Below are positions 38,034-51,002 of a stretch of 64,000 nt of DNA, in pieces. The notes below the pieces were generated by a model that did no database searches, was not told the origin of the DNA, and was given only the letters and a program-made list of their open reading frames with translations. Source of the DNA: Octopus sinensis (taxonomy: Eukaryota); assembly GCF_006345805.1 (NCBI RefSeq), contig NC_043007.1:42346001-42410000 (forward strand). Reading direction: 5' to 3'. The first letter of the stretch is position 1. Each line of letters opens with the position of its first letter. The position numbers and the translations under genes were made by a program.

Positions 38034-39239
38034 CAGGGTGTAACAGATAAATTGGGACTATTTAAATATCTTTAATATAATTGGTATAACTCAGAAAAAT
38101 CAAAAACTGAAAGTTTTATGTTTGTGCCAATTTGTGGAGTGTTTAACACTTATTTCAGTCCAATGTGACCATCATTTGCTTTCTTTACCAGTTCAATCCA
38201 GTTATGAAATGATATACATGCCTTAACTATTTCTTCCTTTTTCATTTTACTGAATGGTTGCTCGATCAAAGCCTTCAATGAAGACACACAGTTGTGAGAA
38301 GTTTCACTGGTTATTGCTTCAGCTGTGCTCCATAGCCAAAACTCATGTGGATTCAAATCTGGCAAGCTAGAGGGCCAGATATCTTTAAGGACAAACCTGG
38401 GCAATTCCTTCTTCAAAGATTCTTGCACTCTTTTCAAAGAATGGGCTAGCACAGAATCCTGTACAAACATGACTCGGCTAGCATCATAATGCTTCCTAAT
38501 CCAAGGAAACACAACTTCTAAGATTCTGAGATACTTTGCTGTGTTTATTTTAAGAACCGCTTCAATAAAATGAGGAGGCATCAATTTCCCATCACTTGCA
38601 ACAGCTCCAAAGACCATAATGGAAGCCAGATTCTTAGTATGCATAGCTGAAGGAACTTGGAAAAGGTCATACACTATCGCTCGTGAGTTTTGACCGTTTG
38701 CAACTTCATCTATTTTCATCCACAAAGATGCAGACATCTCCTCTTTGGAACAGGTAGTTAGGATGTTATGGTGTCTCCTCACATATGATTTTATATGGAG
38801 GTCTTGTCTCACTGCCCTAAAAATGGTCATTTTACTGATTCCTTGATCTTGTGCCAACTTCACCATCAATTTTGATGGGTTGGACTCAATCGATCTTTCA
38901 AGTCCTGCAAAAAAGCAAGGTGTGCATTTTTGGTCCATTACAAGGATTGTGAGGCTTTCTCTGAACATCCTGACTTTTCTTCAAATTGGCTACAGCTCTA
39001 AAAACAGTAGATTTCGAATACTTGAGGCTCTCCTCAGCACTTCTGCTGGCGCAGAATAACTCATCAATTACACTTCTATGATTTAATTCTTTAACATTCA
39101 TAGTTTGTTCAATCTGAAATACTAAATAGTACAAGTGATTATTGAAGCTGGTAATATTTAAAATTTAGACTCCAACAAAATCTATACAATTAGGAACGTA
39201 CCCATTTGAAATTTGTTCCAATTTACCTGTTACAGCCTG
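38034..39239 (-). mobile_element. Tc1/mariner DNA transposon, DD37D (maT)-like, full length but defective
   Basis: Imperfect TIRs CAGGGTGTAACAGATAAATTGG / CCAATTTACCTGTTACAGCCTG, each flanked by TA. Two overlapping minus-strand ORFs (38898-39134, 38150-38968) carry MVFGAVASDG, MFVQD and WPSSLPDLNP. There are 37 residues between QD and the third acidic residue (here E). Frameshifted, and the first-D region is missing. Confidence 0.9.
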
Positions 39240-39568
39240 TATATGTGTGTTTGTGTGTATATGTGTGTGTGCGTGTATTTATGTATGCATATGTGTTTGT
39301 ATGTATGTATATATGTACGTATGTACGTATGTATGTATGTATGTACATATATGTATGTATGTATGTATGTATATATGTGTGCGTGTGTATATAAGCAAAA
39401 TTTAGGTTAGTTAAAAATATGTTTGTGACATATTTCAATTGCTAAATGGCAAATTCACTGAAGTTACTGTAGAGAAAATATTTCTCTTACAGTAAAAAAA
39501 GTTTAAAGACAAATATGGTAAACTAAATTTTACTTATGCCTAAACACCTCTTGGCACTAACATTTCAT

Positions 39569-41700
39569 TATATATACGTATGTATGTGTATATATATATG
39601 TATGTACATATATGTACGTATGTATGTACATATATGTACGTATGTATGTATGTACATATATGTACGTATGTATGTATGTACATATATGTACGTATGTATG
39701 TATGTACATATATGTACGTACGTATGTATGTACATATATGTACGTATGTATGTATGTACATATATGTACGTATGTATGTATGTACATATATGTACGTATG
39801 TATGTATGTACATATATGTACGTATGTATGTATGTACATATATGTACGTATGTATGTATGTACATATATGTACGTATGTATGTATGTACATATATGTACG
39901 TATGTATGTATGTACATATATGTACGTATGTATGTATGTACATATATGTACGTATGTATGTATGTACATATATGTACGTATGTATGTATGTACATATATG
40001 TACGTATGTATGTATGTACATATATGTACGTATGTATGTATGTACATATATGTACGTATGTATGTATGTACATATATGTACGTATGTATGTATGTACATA
40101 TATGTACGTATGTATGTATGTACATATATGTACGTATGTATGTATGTACATATATGTACGTATGTATGTATGTACATATATGTACGTATGTATGTATGTA
40201 CATATATGTACGTATGTATGTATGTACATATATGTACGTATGTATGTATGTACATATATGTACGTATGTATGTATGTACATATATGTACGTATGTATGTA
40301 TGTACATATATGTACGTATGTATGTATGTACATATATGTACGTATGTATGTATGTACATATATGTACGTATGTATGTATGTACATATATGTACGTATGTA
40401 TGTATGTACATATATGTACGTATGTATGTATGTACATATATGTACGTATGTATGTATGTACATATATGTACGTATGTATGTATGTACATATATGTACGTA
40501 TGTATGTATGTACATATATGTACGTATGTATGTATGTACATATATGTACGTATGTATGTATGTACATATATGTACGTATGTATGTATGTACATATATGTA
40601 CGTATGTATGTATGTACATATATGTACGTATGTACATATATGTACGTATGTACATATATGTACGTATGTACATATATGTACGTATGTACATATATGTATG
40701 TACATATATGTACGTATGTACATATATGTACGTATGTACATATATGTACGTATGTACATATATGTACGTATGTACATATATGTACGTATGTACATATATG
40801 TACGTATGTACATATATGTACGTATGTACATATATGTACGTATGTACATATATGTACGTATGTACATATATGTACGTATGTACATATATGTACGTATGTA
40901 CATATATGTACGTATGTACATATATGTACGTATGTACATATATGTACGTATGTACATATATGTACGTATGTACATATATGTACGTATGTACATATATGTA
41001 CGTATGTACATATATGTACGTATGTACATATATGTACGTATGTACATATATGTACGTATGTACATATATGTACGTATGTACATATATAGGTATGTACTTA
41101 TATGTATGTATGTACATATATAGGTATGTACATATATGTATGTATGTACATATATAGGTATGTACCTATATGTATGTATGTACATATATAGGTATGTACC
41201 TATATGTACGTATGTATATATATAGGTATGTACCTATATGTACGTATGTATATATATAGGTATGTACCTATATGTACGTATGTATATATATAGGTATGTA
41301 CCTATATGTACGTATGTATATATATAGGTATGTACCTATATGTATGTATGTACATATATGTAGGTATGTACATATATGTACGTATGTACATATATGTACG
41401 TATGTACATATATGTACGTATGTACATATATGTACGTATGTACATATATGTACGTATGTACATATATGTACGTATGTACATATATGTACGTATGTACATA
41501 TATGTACGTATGTACATATATGTACGTATGTACATATATGTACGTATGTACATATATGTACGTATGTATGTACATATATGTACGTATGTATGTATGTACA
41601 TATATGTACGTATGTATGTATGTACATATATGTACGTATGTATGTATATGTGTACACGTATGTACTTACATATGTACATGTGTGTATATGCATGTACACA
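39569..41700. repeat. Giant compound minisatellite of 26-bp and 18-bp palindromic units
   Basis: Units GTACATATATGTAC+GTATGTATGTAT (26 bp) and GTACATATATGTAC+GTAT (18 bp). Source of the spurious >500-aa ORFs. Confidence 0.97.
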
Positions 41701-41827
41701 CATATATATCTGCATGTGTGTATATCTATATGTGTATATTTGTACGTATATATATATATATCATCATCATCGTTTAGCGTCCGTTTTACGATGATGATGA
41801 TATATATATATATATATACGTACAAAT

Positions 41828-41910
<83 letters not shown>

Positions 41911-44900
41911 GTGTGTGAGTCTATATTTCCTTTCTCTCTGTTAGGAGGCAGAAGCACTTACACACACACATGTACACACATGATGGGAACTTTCACCCAC
42001 CAAGTTCAATCACAAAACTTTGGTTGGACTGAGCCCATAGCAGAGGACACTTGGCCAAGGTGTCATACAGTGAGGCTGAACCTGAAAGCATGTGGTTGAG
42101 AAGCAAGCTTCCTAACCACACAACCATGATACATATGCATTTGTGTGTGTGTGTGTGTGTGTCTTTGTGGGTATTATAGAAATTGTGGTAAAGACAAGTT
42201 ATATCATTTGTTCCCTACATGCATTTCACCATTATGGTTATTTGCAACCTCTACATTGGATACTGAACCACAACAGATCTTCTGGGGTACATTTTATTGC
42301 ATCATGTTACAGAGATCCAATGTCAGTTTACTTTGAAACTGTTCCTGAAACTTCATGGTGTCCTATTTGTAGTTACATGGCTCATGGCAGTCTTTCAAAA
42401 TCTGTGCCAGCCCTCTGAATGCATGCACCATTTTCTTTTCTTTTTCTTCATTTTCTTTTTTCTCTTTTTCATATTTCACTAACATTTATTTCCACTAAAT
42501 CTTCTAACTCCTGCATGTTATATTTCTTTTGTTTGTTTATTTACCCACTAACTATTACTATTATTATTACTACTACTACTACTACTGTTAATTATAAAAT
42601 TTGTTTTTGTTTTTATTACCATTCATCTGTTTGTTTCTTTGTTTTGTTTTTTTGTTGTTGTTTTTTTTTTATTGTCTTTCATCAAAATTCCTCTCAATGT
42701 TTGGATATCTGAAATTGGCTTGAGTTATTGTGTGCCTGTTTCTCTCCAACTACCATTCTGACAAAAATTTAAACCTTCTTCCGCACAGATTTCCTCTCCC
42801 TTCTATATTTCAGATACTTCACATCTTCTATTTTTCTGTTTCTTTTTCTTCCCCTTTCCCTGCCACCTTCTCTGTCTCTTTCCCTGTGTATTTACTGTCT
42901 GTCTATCTATCTATCTATCTATCTCATCCCTTCTCAACCTTTTTTATTTTTCCTTTCTTAATGTATTGCTCTATTTTCCAGATAAGCTAGCTAAAACTGA
43001 GTTTGTCCATATCCAATTGACTGACAATAACTGTCATAATCCTAAATCTAGACACTAACCAACAATCTGTGATATATTGTTTCTAGATGCACAAAGTAGC
43101 TCAGTATTAAATCTGTGGCTTTCTGACTAAAAAATGGAACAGCAAATAGCTTGTGTCTTTTTGGCTCAAGAGTGAAAACTGGTTCATGTTTTTTTTTGTT
43201 TTGTTTTGTTTTTTTGGTGGGGGTGGGGGGTGCATTGGGGTTCAAGGCTAAACAGTTGCCTGTGGCTTTCTTGACCAAGGCTGAACAATAGCTCATGAGT
43301 TCTGGTCCAAGACTGGAGAGCAATTTGTGGGTTTCTGACTGAGAATTCAGCAGTGGTGGGGGAATCTCCTGTTGCTGGTCATATGTTAAGTATTGATCAG
43401 GTATGAGATGGACTTCACTATCCCAAATCTGATCATTACAAACATGCACAATCATAATCATACAGCTACAGACACACATTTACATACATTATACACACAC
43501 AAGCACACCTGTAATGACTTACATGTACATATAGACATACATATATATACATTACATGTCGAAAAAATATTTACACTAAACTACATTTACACAAACAATT
43601 AAACACTCAAACATACCCATCTGCCACACACACACACACACACACTATTGATTCTGGTATCCAGACTGTTCAACTTCCCCATAATCTTCATGAGACATTT
43701 GACAGAATCACAGTAATGTGGATTTTTATTTATACAGGTCATTCACCTGAGCTACTCAGTGCTTGCCTAGTAGTTAGGTTGGTAAAGTGTCTCCCACCTA
43801 TGTCACAAAAGGCTCTTACTTACTTCTCCAACTGATTTCTTTTCATTTTCAGGCTGATTGCTGCACGAGTATATGTTGCCTTAGCTTGTGTGTAAAATTG
43901 CTTTTTTTGTTCAAACTGGTCAATGTTTTGATAAAATATTCCTTGTATAAGAAAACAACTTGTACATTTGATGAAGTGGAAAATTTATTGTGTGATAAAT
44001 TTGATGAAATGGTTCTCTTTTGAGATGAGCCAGCACTTGCTGTAGGAAACTGTCACTATATGGTGATTTGCTCATTGTTTGATGGAATTGTTTGGTGAGA
44101 ACATTCTTGTTTGTTGAAATAGTCTGACACTGAAACAGCCTATATTTTCTGTTTGAGTTTACCTTAATTATTTGGAATCGTTTCTTTTCTTTGTGTTATC
44201 TTTTCCAAACTTTTAAACAGATTTTATTAGAGGAAGCAATCGAATTTTGATGGGGCTTTACAAAAGTATCATCTCATAGTATAGTTCACTTAGTTGTCCA
44301 AATGAATGCTAGTCATTTACAGTATATCTAGACCTAAATAGGTGCCATTTTTTTAATGCTTTATCCTACCCAATAGACACCATGGGGCACTACTTGTCAC
44401 TTATCTATAAATATGTCCCTTGAAAAGGATCTGTTTGACTGGCTCAAAATAGGTACCATAGCAGAAGTACAGGTCACTTACTGTGAATATGTACCTTTGG
44501 AAGGAACAGTTCACCTAATTTTGAATAGATAGTGTTGACACCATTTATCATTGGACATGGTGATAAATGGTTAAAAGAAGAGTGTTGTTTAATTGATTGA
44601 TAAGAACTTCCTTAGTTTGTTCTAATTAGTGCAAATTATTTTGTAGATTTAACTTGGAGAGGAATGGGTGTACATCTGTACATAATACATGAAGATAGGT
44701 AACAGGGTAGCCAACATCCAAATGAGGTTTGTGGTACCCCAAGCCATTGTTTGATAGAATGACAGTTGATATATTCATTCTTTGGAAAAATTTTCTTCAC
44801 TCATTGAAAGCTGTTCATATGGTACAGTATGGTAGTTTTGTATTGCTAAAATGCTATCAAACCCAATTCTTACTATCATTTTTTTTTTGTCAGTCATAGT

Positions 44901-44984
44901 ATATACTCATTTGTATAGAAATTTAAAAATTTGCCTTCTTGGATTGTTTTTACCCATACATCCATCTTTTCCACCCACTATTCC

Positions 44985-45350
44985 TGGGAGGGTCCTTGAG
45001 TAGTCCTTGACTATCTCCTTTATAGGATCTTATCATAAGAAACTGTTGTTAGACTTTCCAGTTAGATTTCCAAGCGTGACCAAATGCGACTATGGATATT
45101 ATCCATCCATCTCCTTCTTGGTCTACCCCTAGGTCTCCTGCTGGATGGCTTGGTTTGAAGAATCCATCCTGCAGTTCTTTCCTGCCACATTCTAATTACA
45201 TGTCCGTAGCACCAGAGCTGTGATGTCTCAATGCAAAGAAGTAGCAGCTTGACCTGGAGAGACTCTCTGATCTCCAAGTTACATACCCTGTCAAATAATG
45301 TTACTCCAGAGACCCTTTGAAGGAACCCTACTTTGACTGCTTGTATTCCA
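44985..45350 (-). mobile_element. RTE-like LINE C-terminal fragment
   Basis: ORF 45062-45277 contains QLWCYGHVIRM...RRPRGRPRRRWMDNI. Confidence 0.75.
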
Positions 45351-46118
45351 AGTCAACTTAAATCAGACATTCTAGTCTTAACCATTTCTTTTGGGGAGAG
45401 TTTAGGACCACATTATCTCGTGTTCTTTCCATTTTGGAAACAGCAAGGTAATATGTTTGTTTTGTTCTAGGCATCCTAATCAGAGAAATATTTGGTCAGC
45501 TCCCCAGCAGTGGACATCGTCCATCTCTTTATATCATAACCACTTTCTACCTTGACATTTATGACTTAAGCCTGTGGTTGATTGAAATTAAGTTATCTAC
45601 TTTGTATTAACTTCTTTCTGTTTTGACGAACTGTGTGTTTTGGCTATTTTTATTTGTTATTAGAGTCTTGTATTTAGATCTTAGTTGATCTACAGATTTT
45701 GTTGTTATAAAAATACTATTGTTGCAGCCTTGGTCGATATGACATATATGCATATGACTATTTGTGTATCACAGCTCTGCTCCTGAAGACCTGAGCAGAG
45801 CCATTCAACAACAACCACTAAACTACTACTACAATTTTACAGATGATTTTACAAAAGGTTCTTTTATCTTATTCTTATCTTTCATTGCATTGGACAGTCA
45901 ACTAAAACTGAACTAGCTGGTTCTGAGAATGTTTCATACCTACAGGATTAGCACCATCTTTATATAACTGTAAAAACTAAACCATGAATGTTTACATACA
46001 GTGTTTTAGTTTCTTAGTTATAAGATGAACTTCATCCCCCAGCCAACCATCTAATTAATTAGGTCCAAGACCTTAAACTACCTTATATAATGTAACCAAT
46101 CTGTTTTGACTTTGGCAG

Positions 46119-46172
46119 GTGCCATGTGTGTGCTCTTCTGCTGTGACGGAGACTTCCAAGGATACCAATAGT
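46119..46172 (+). CDS. Candidate PACS cassette exon (54 nt, VPCVCSSAVTETSKDTNS)
   Basis: CTGTTTTGACTTTGGCAG acceptor and AGT|GTGAGT donor. Phase 0-0 and open, matching the flanking exons. No homology evidence. Confidence 0.5.
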
Positions 46173-47149
46173 GTGAGTGTTAAGAAAACCAAGCACTCCT
46201 AAGGAATCTTCCAAGTCCCAAATTCCTTACTGCATGTCTTCATGGAGTGCCCTCTGTTACTGTTTTTTTGGCCATTGGTCTTCAGTGCTGGCTGCCTGAT
46301 CACTCTGTTCCTTGTTACAGTCAAAAAAAAATCCTGTTACAAATTTACTAACTTTAAAACTCACTTACCCAGATTAATATAATTGATAAAAAGAAAGAAA
46401 AAGAAATTGAAAATTATTATTATTATTATTTTTATTATCATTATCATTATTTTAATCATTATTACTGATAACTAATTTCAATTTCATTCTAATATTGCAA
46501 TGGTATTAAATATTCTAATTTTATTTTCACTCACCTCTTCTAGTTACCTCATTAACTCAATGTAGATGTCTTGCCTATAACAAACGCTGGTCTTAACTGT
46601 TGTTACTCTGACTACCATCACTCAACACCCACTTTTGTATTCTATTTTGCTTTACACAGCATCTGTCTTTTTAAGTTTTTTCACAACTAACAGTTTTAAT
46701 GTAATCTAACTTGAATAATATTCTGTTTCTTCATTGAAAGTTCTTTTTCTTTTTGTCCTTTTTTTTCTTTTCTTTGTTAAACTTTTAACTGAAATTACTA
46801 CTTCAAAAGATAATACTACTAGAAAATTATTGCAGTGAGGAAGATACATGTTAGCTATTCAAAAACATGCAAAGACTGTTAACTTCACTTAAACATATAT
46901 CATTGATTATATAATGTCAAAATTTTCACCACACAAACCATGACCTGGTCGCTGAGAAAGATGCATGAGTGAAGTTCACAGTTTTTGTGTGATTTGATTA
47001 GCTATTATCTTCCACACTGCAATTATTTTGGTTTCATCACACAGTCCCAAATCACTTGCCTGGCAAGTACACCCACAAAATTGCTTGAAAAGTTTCCTAA
47101 TATAAATTAGCTATACTGATTTATATATATATATATGTATGTGTGTATG

Positions 47150-47226
<77 letters not shown>

Positions 47227-47569
47227 CAAAGTTGATTGAATGTGTGTATAGGTTTACCGAGATAAATGGAATAAAGAGAAAGTCACAACTAAACAAGATT
47301 TGAACAAAGGATCCAATACTAAAATTGCAGAAACAATAGGTAATTCAATGCATTTAAGTTGATATGATACTGGCTCTACCATTTCTTCCATCTTAATAAT
47401 ATTAATGATTTCTGACATAAGCATACGGTTACACATTTTAGTGGAGTGCACAATCAATTAAATCAAAGCCAGTATATTACTGGTACTTATTCTATCGATC
47501 TCAGATGAAATGAATTTTATGAGCAATAGTATTGTTGGTTATAAAATTTCCAACAGGTCTGTTAGTTAT

Positions 47570-48412
47570 TCGAGACCAAGTTAGCAGTGGAGGAAGGAAT
47601 TCTAAAAGTGTAGTTGCTAGGATAAGAATGGGCTGAGCAAAGTTCAGAGAGCTTCTACCTTTGTTCTACCCAGGTCCTCTCCCTTCGAGTGAAAGGCAGA
47701 TTGTATGATGCCTGTGTACATACTGCTATGTTACATGGCAGTGAAACATGGGCTTTGACTACAGAGTACTTGTGAAGGCTTGAAAGAAATGAAGCTGGTA
47801 TGCTTCACTGGATGGGTAATGTCAGTGTGCATACATGAGAGTGTAAATGATTTAGGAGGAACACTTGGTATAAGAGGTATCAGATATTGTGTGCAAGAGA
47901 GAGGATTGTACTGGTTTGGTCATGTGATACATATGAATAAGGACAGCTGCATAAAAAAGTGCTGGGCTCTGTGTAGGGTACCTGTGGAAGGGGTAGACCC
48001 AGGAAGATGTGGGATGAAGTGATGAGAAAGAATCTTTGGATGCTGGACCTCACTGAGGAAATGACAAGAGGACCAGATGTAGTGATTTGCTGTACTTGAT
48101 AAGACACGTCAAAATAGTTGTCTTCCACTTGTACAAGCTTGCTCCTTTCAGGTGCTGGGACTACTTGAAAAGCACCCATGCTGGTGCTGCATTAGTGGAC
48201 CTGTGCCAGTGCTGCGTAAATACACCCATGCCAGTAGCACATAAAAATCACCCAGCACACTCTGTTAAAGTGGTTGGCATTAGGAAGGGCATCCAGTTGT
48301 AGAAATCATGCCATAACAGACAGTTGTAGTCTGAACAGCTCCCTGCTAGCGAACCACATGTCAAACCATCCAACCCAAGCCAGCTTGGAAAGCGGATGTT
48401 AAATGATGATGA
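47570..48412 (+). mobile_element. Degenerate RTE LINE 3' fragment
   Basis: Same C-terminal motifs with frameshifts (LYWFGHVIHMNKD, GVDPGR), the same 3' UTR and a GATGATGAT tail. Confidence 0.85.
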
Positions 48413-49149
48413 TGGTCCGATGGTGAATGTGGCAAGGGTATGTCTCTGCAACTCCGACAGAATAAATATCATAAAGTATTTCTATTTGATACTAGTGTAC
48501 TGACAATTTTCTCACCAATGTTAATAGTTGTTAATATTGTTTCAATTTAAGAAACAAAAACTTAGGAAGGATCATCTTGACTCATGCCATTAGTTGATTC
48601 TCTTGACATTCAACTCCCAAAAGAATCTGAAGGGTGGGAGGGGAGTCAGTCAGTGATTTCTTACAATAGCAGAGCAGCTATGAAATTAAATTAATGTTAA
48701 TGAGTTCATATTTTACTACAGCTAATTACTTCATGCCCCTGTGTAATGTAACATTACTCCATATGCTTCAGTCATGGAAGGAAGACATTCACCTCATACT
48801 TATATAAAACTGGATGAAAAGAAGTGAAAGGAAATTGTCACAGTATTTGGATTTCATAAAATTGATTTTAAGACACGCACACAACACCCATGTAGAAAAA
48901 ACATCCAGTATCCTTTGAAGTTGCATTTCTAATTGAATATTGACTATCAAAAGGAAATATATCATTTTGAAAATAAAAATAATGATTTTTAACTTTGATA
49001 AGTCTCACATCCTTCATAAATTCTAATTTATTGCTTTCTTTTAACCTTATAATACCTAAATTATCAATATTCAGGGAAAAAAAATTATTTCATTAGACCT
49101 TTCAATTTAGGATAAAGAGTACATTTATTGTATAAACTTAAATTTTCTT

Positions 49150-49335
49150 TATATATATATATAGTGAGAATTTACAAAAAAACAAAAGACTAAGATGGGT
49201 GTGTAAACAACAAACAGATGTATTAGTTTAGCGCTCGGGAAGTGAGAAAGTCTTTTACATTTCGAGCCTACGCTCCTCAACAGAAAGAAACACAGAAATA
49301 AACAAGGACAGAAAATAGAGAAAGGTTTAGTGGCC
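49150..49335. mobile_element. Penelope-like terminal-repeat fragment (tentative)
   Basis: Follows (TA)n and contains TTTCGAGCCTACGCTCCTCAACAG, whose reverse complement resembles a degenerate hammerhead core. The family assignment is from recollection. Confidence 0.4.
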
Positions 49336-50959
49336 GTGTGCATGAATGCATTATTCAGGGGTTAGTAAATCTGCAACAACCACCAAATATTATAATTGCT
49401 TACATGCAATAATATTATTCAAACATAAAGAATCCTTAAAGCTTTTGATTGTTGTAGTTTTCTTCCCATAAGATCCTAGTATCTGAAGTGTAATGAATTA
49501 GCAATAATAGGTATCATAGGGCTAACTTAATCTCTAAGCTTTTCCTTCTAACTAAAAATTTTCTGCTTTAACTCATTGTCAATCATTTATCTTTTGCTGT
49601 TTTCCTTTGAGTCACTTCTTGTTTATGCTTTCTCCTCTCTTCGTTTCACAAAATTATAGTCCATCCTCCATTAACTGAAATTAATGTCCATCCTATCTGT
49701 ATTTCCTAAAATTATTCCCCATCCTACTTTTCCTACTTCTATTTCCTAAAACATGTTGTTCACCTTTTAACAATACATCACCACAATTTCTACACTTTTG
49801 TTCTTACCTACATTTTACTTAAATTGTAATTTTGAGGTACTATAGCTAAGACCAGCATTGTTTGTCTGTCAGATATCTTACTGCAGGCCTTGTGCATGAT
49901 AAATGCAAGAGAAGTATTATAATTATTATTATAATTATTTATAGGTAATATAATGGTATTAATCTGCTTGCTAAGCAGAGCAGGAAATCAGGGTTTGATT
50001 CCCTCACTCCATGGGACTATTTTTGTTTTTGTTAAAACTCTTGTGACCAAAAAAAAAAAATCATTATTATAAAGGGTGATGGATTAACAAGATACTTAAA
50101 CTATTGAACAAAATGGTGGTGGAGTTGCAGAATAGATAGAACATCAGACCACCTCCCTTGCTGTGTTTAATTGGTGTCTCTAACAGTGGTGTTGTTTAGT
50201 TCTTATTACTTTCTAAATTTATAAAGTGGTGTCGGTTATATATAACACTTCTTATTTTAAACAGTGGTGTTGGTTTTATATATCTGTATATATATATTCT
50301 TAATCTTATATGGTGGTGTTGGTTATATTTATTACTTCCTTCTAATATATAATGTGGTTTCATGTTGGCTACAGTATATCTTGTAAAACTTGTTCTATAC
50401 AGTGATGTGCTAGATTGTCTACAATACCTATTCTTAATCTATGACTTAGTGACGTGTTTGTTTACTGAAATGCTCTACCAAGCTAACTCTTAAGACAGTG
50501 TTAAAAACCAGCTGTATTTGCCTTAGTAATAATTACTAACTTCATTTTTATCAGTGGGTTTGTGTTTCATAATCCAAATGTGAGTTAACCAGTTGACTTT
50601 CTCCATCTTCCACTACACTGCAGTGTCCATCATTTGACAGGGAAGCTGCACCTTTGAGCAAATCAGCTGGTGACTTTACTTCGATTATAAATCCACGGTT
50701 GTTGTTGTTGCTACTGCTGCTGTTGTTCATTGTTGTTGTTCCACCCTCTTCAGATCAGATATCCAAGCAGTGCCTCTCATATGGAATGCTATCTGGAGTG
50801 GTTTTGTTTGAAATTGTTGTTATTATTTCTCCTGATTGCTCTCCATCTTTCTCCTCTCAATCAATTTTTACTCCCACCTTCTCTTCTCTTTTTACATTCT
50901 CTATCTTATTTCTACTGTTTGCTCTCTCCCTGCTTCTCTTTCACTCTCTCTCTCTCTCT

Positions 50960-51002
<43 letters not shown>

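Noticed and set aside
39600-41600. Regularly spaced palindromic repeats resembling a CRISPR array
   Set aside because: No unique spacers, eukaryotic intron context and no cas genes.
39536-41957. ORFs of 130-540 aa on both strands (YVHICT/MYVCTY repeats)
   Set aside because: Translations of a TA/TG/CA minisatellite that lacks stop codons by composition. Not protein-like.
45406-45447. 42-nt phase 0-0 open segment with an AAG|GTAATA donor
   Set aside because: The acceptor is preceded by purine-rich GGGGAGAG, so there is no convincing pyrimidine tract, and it abuts a LINE relic.
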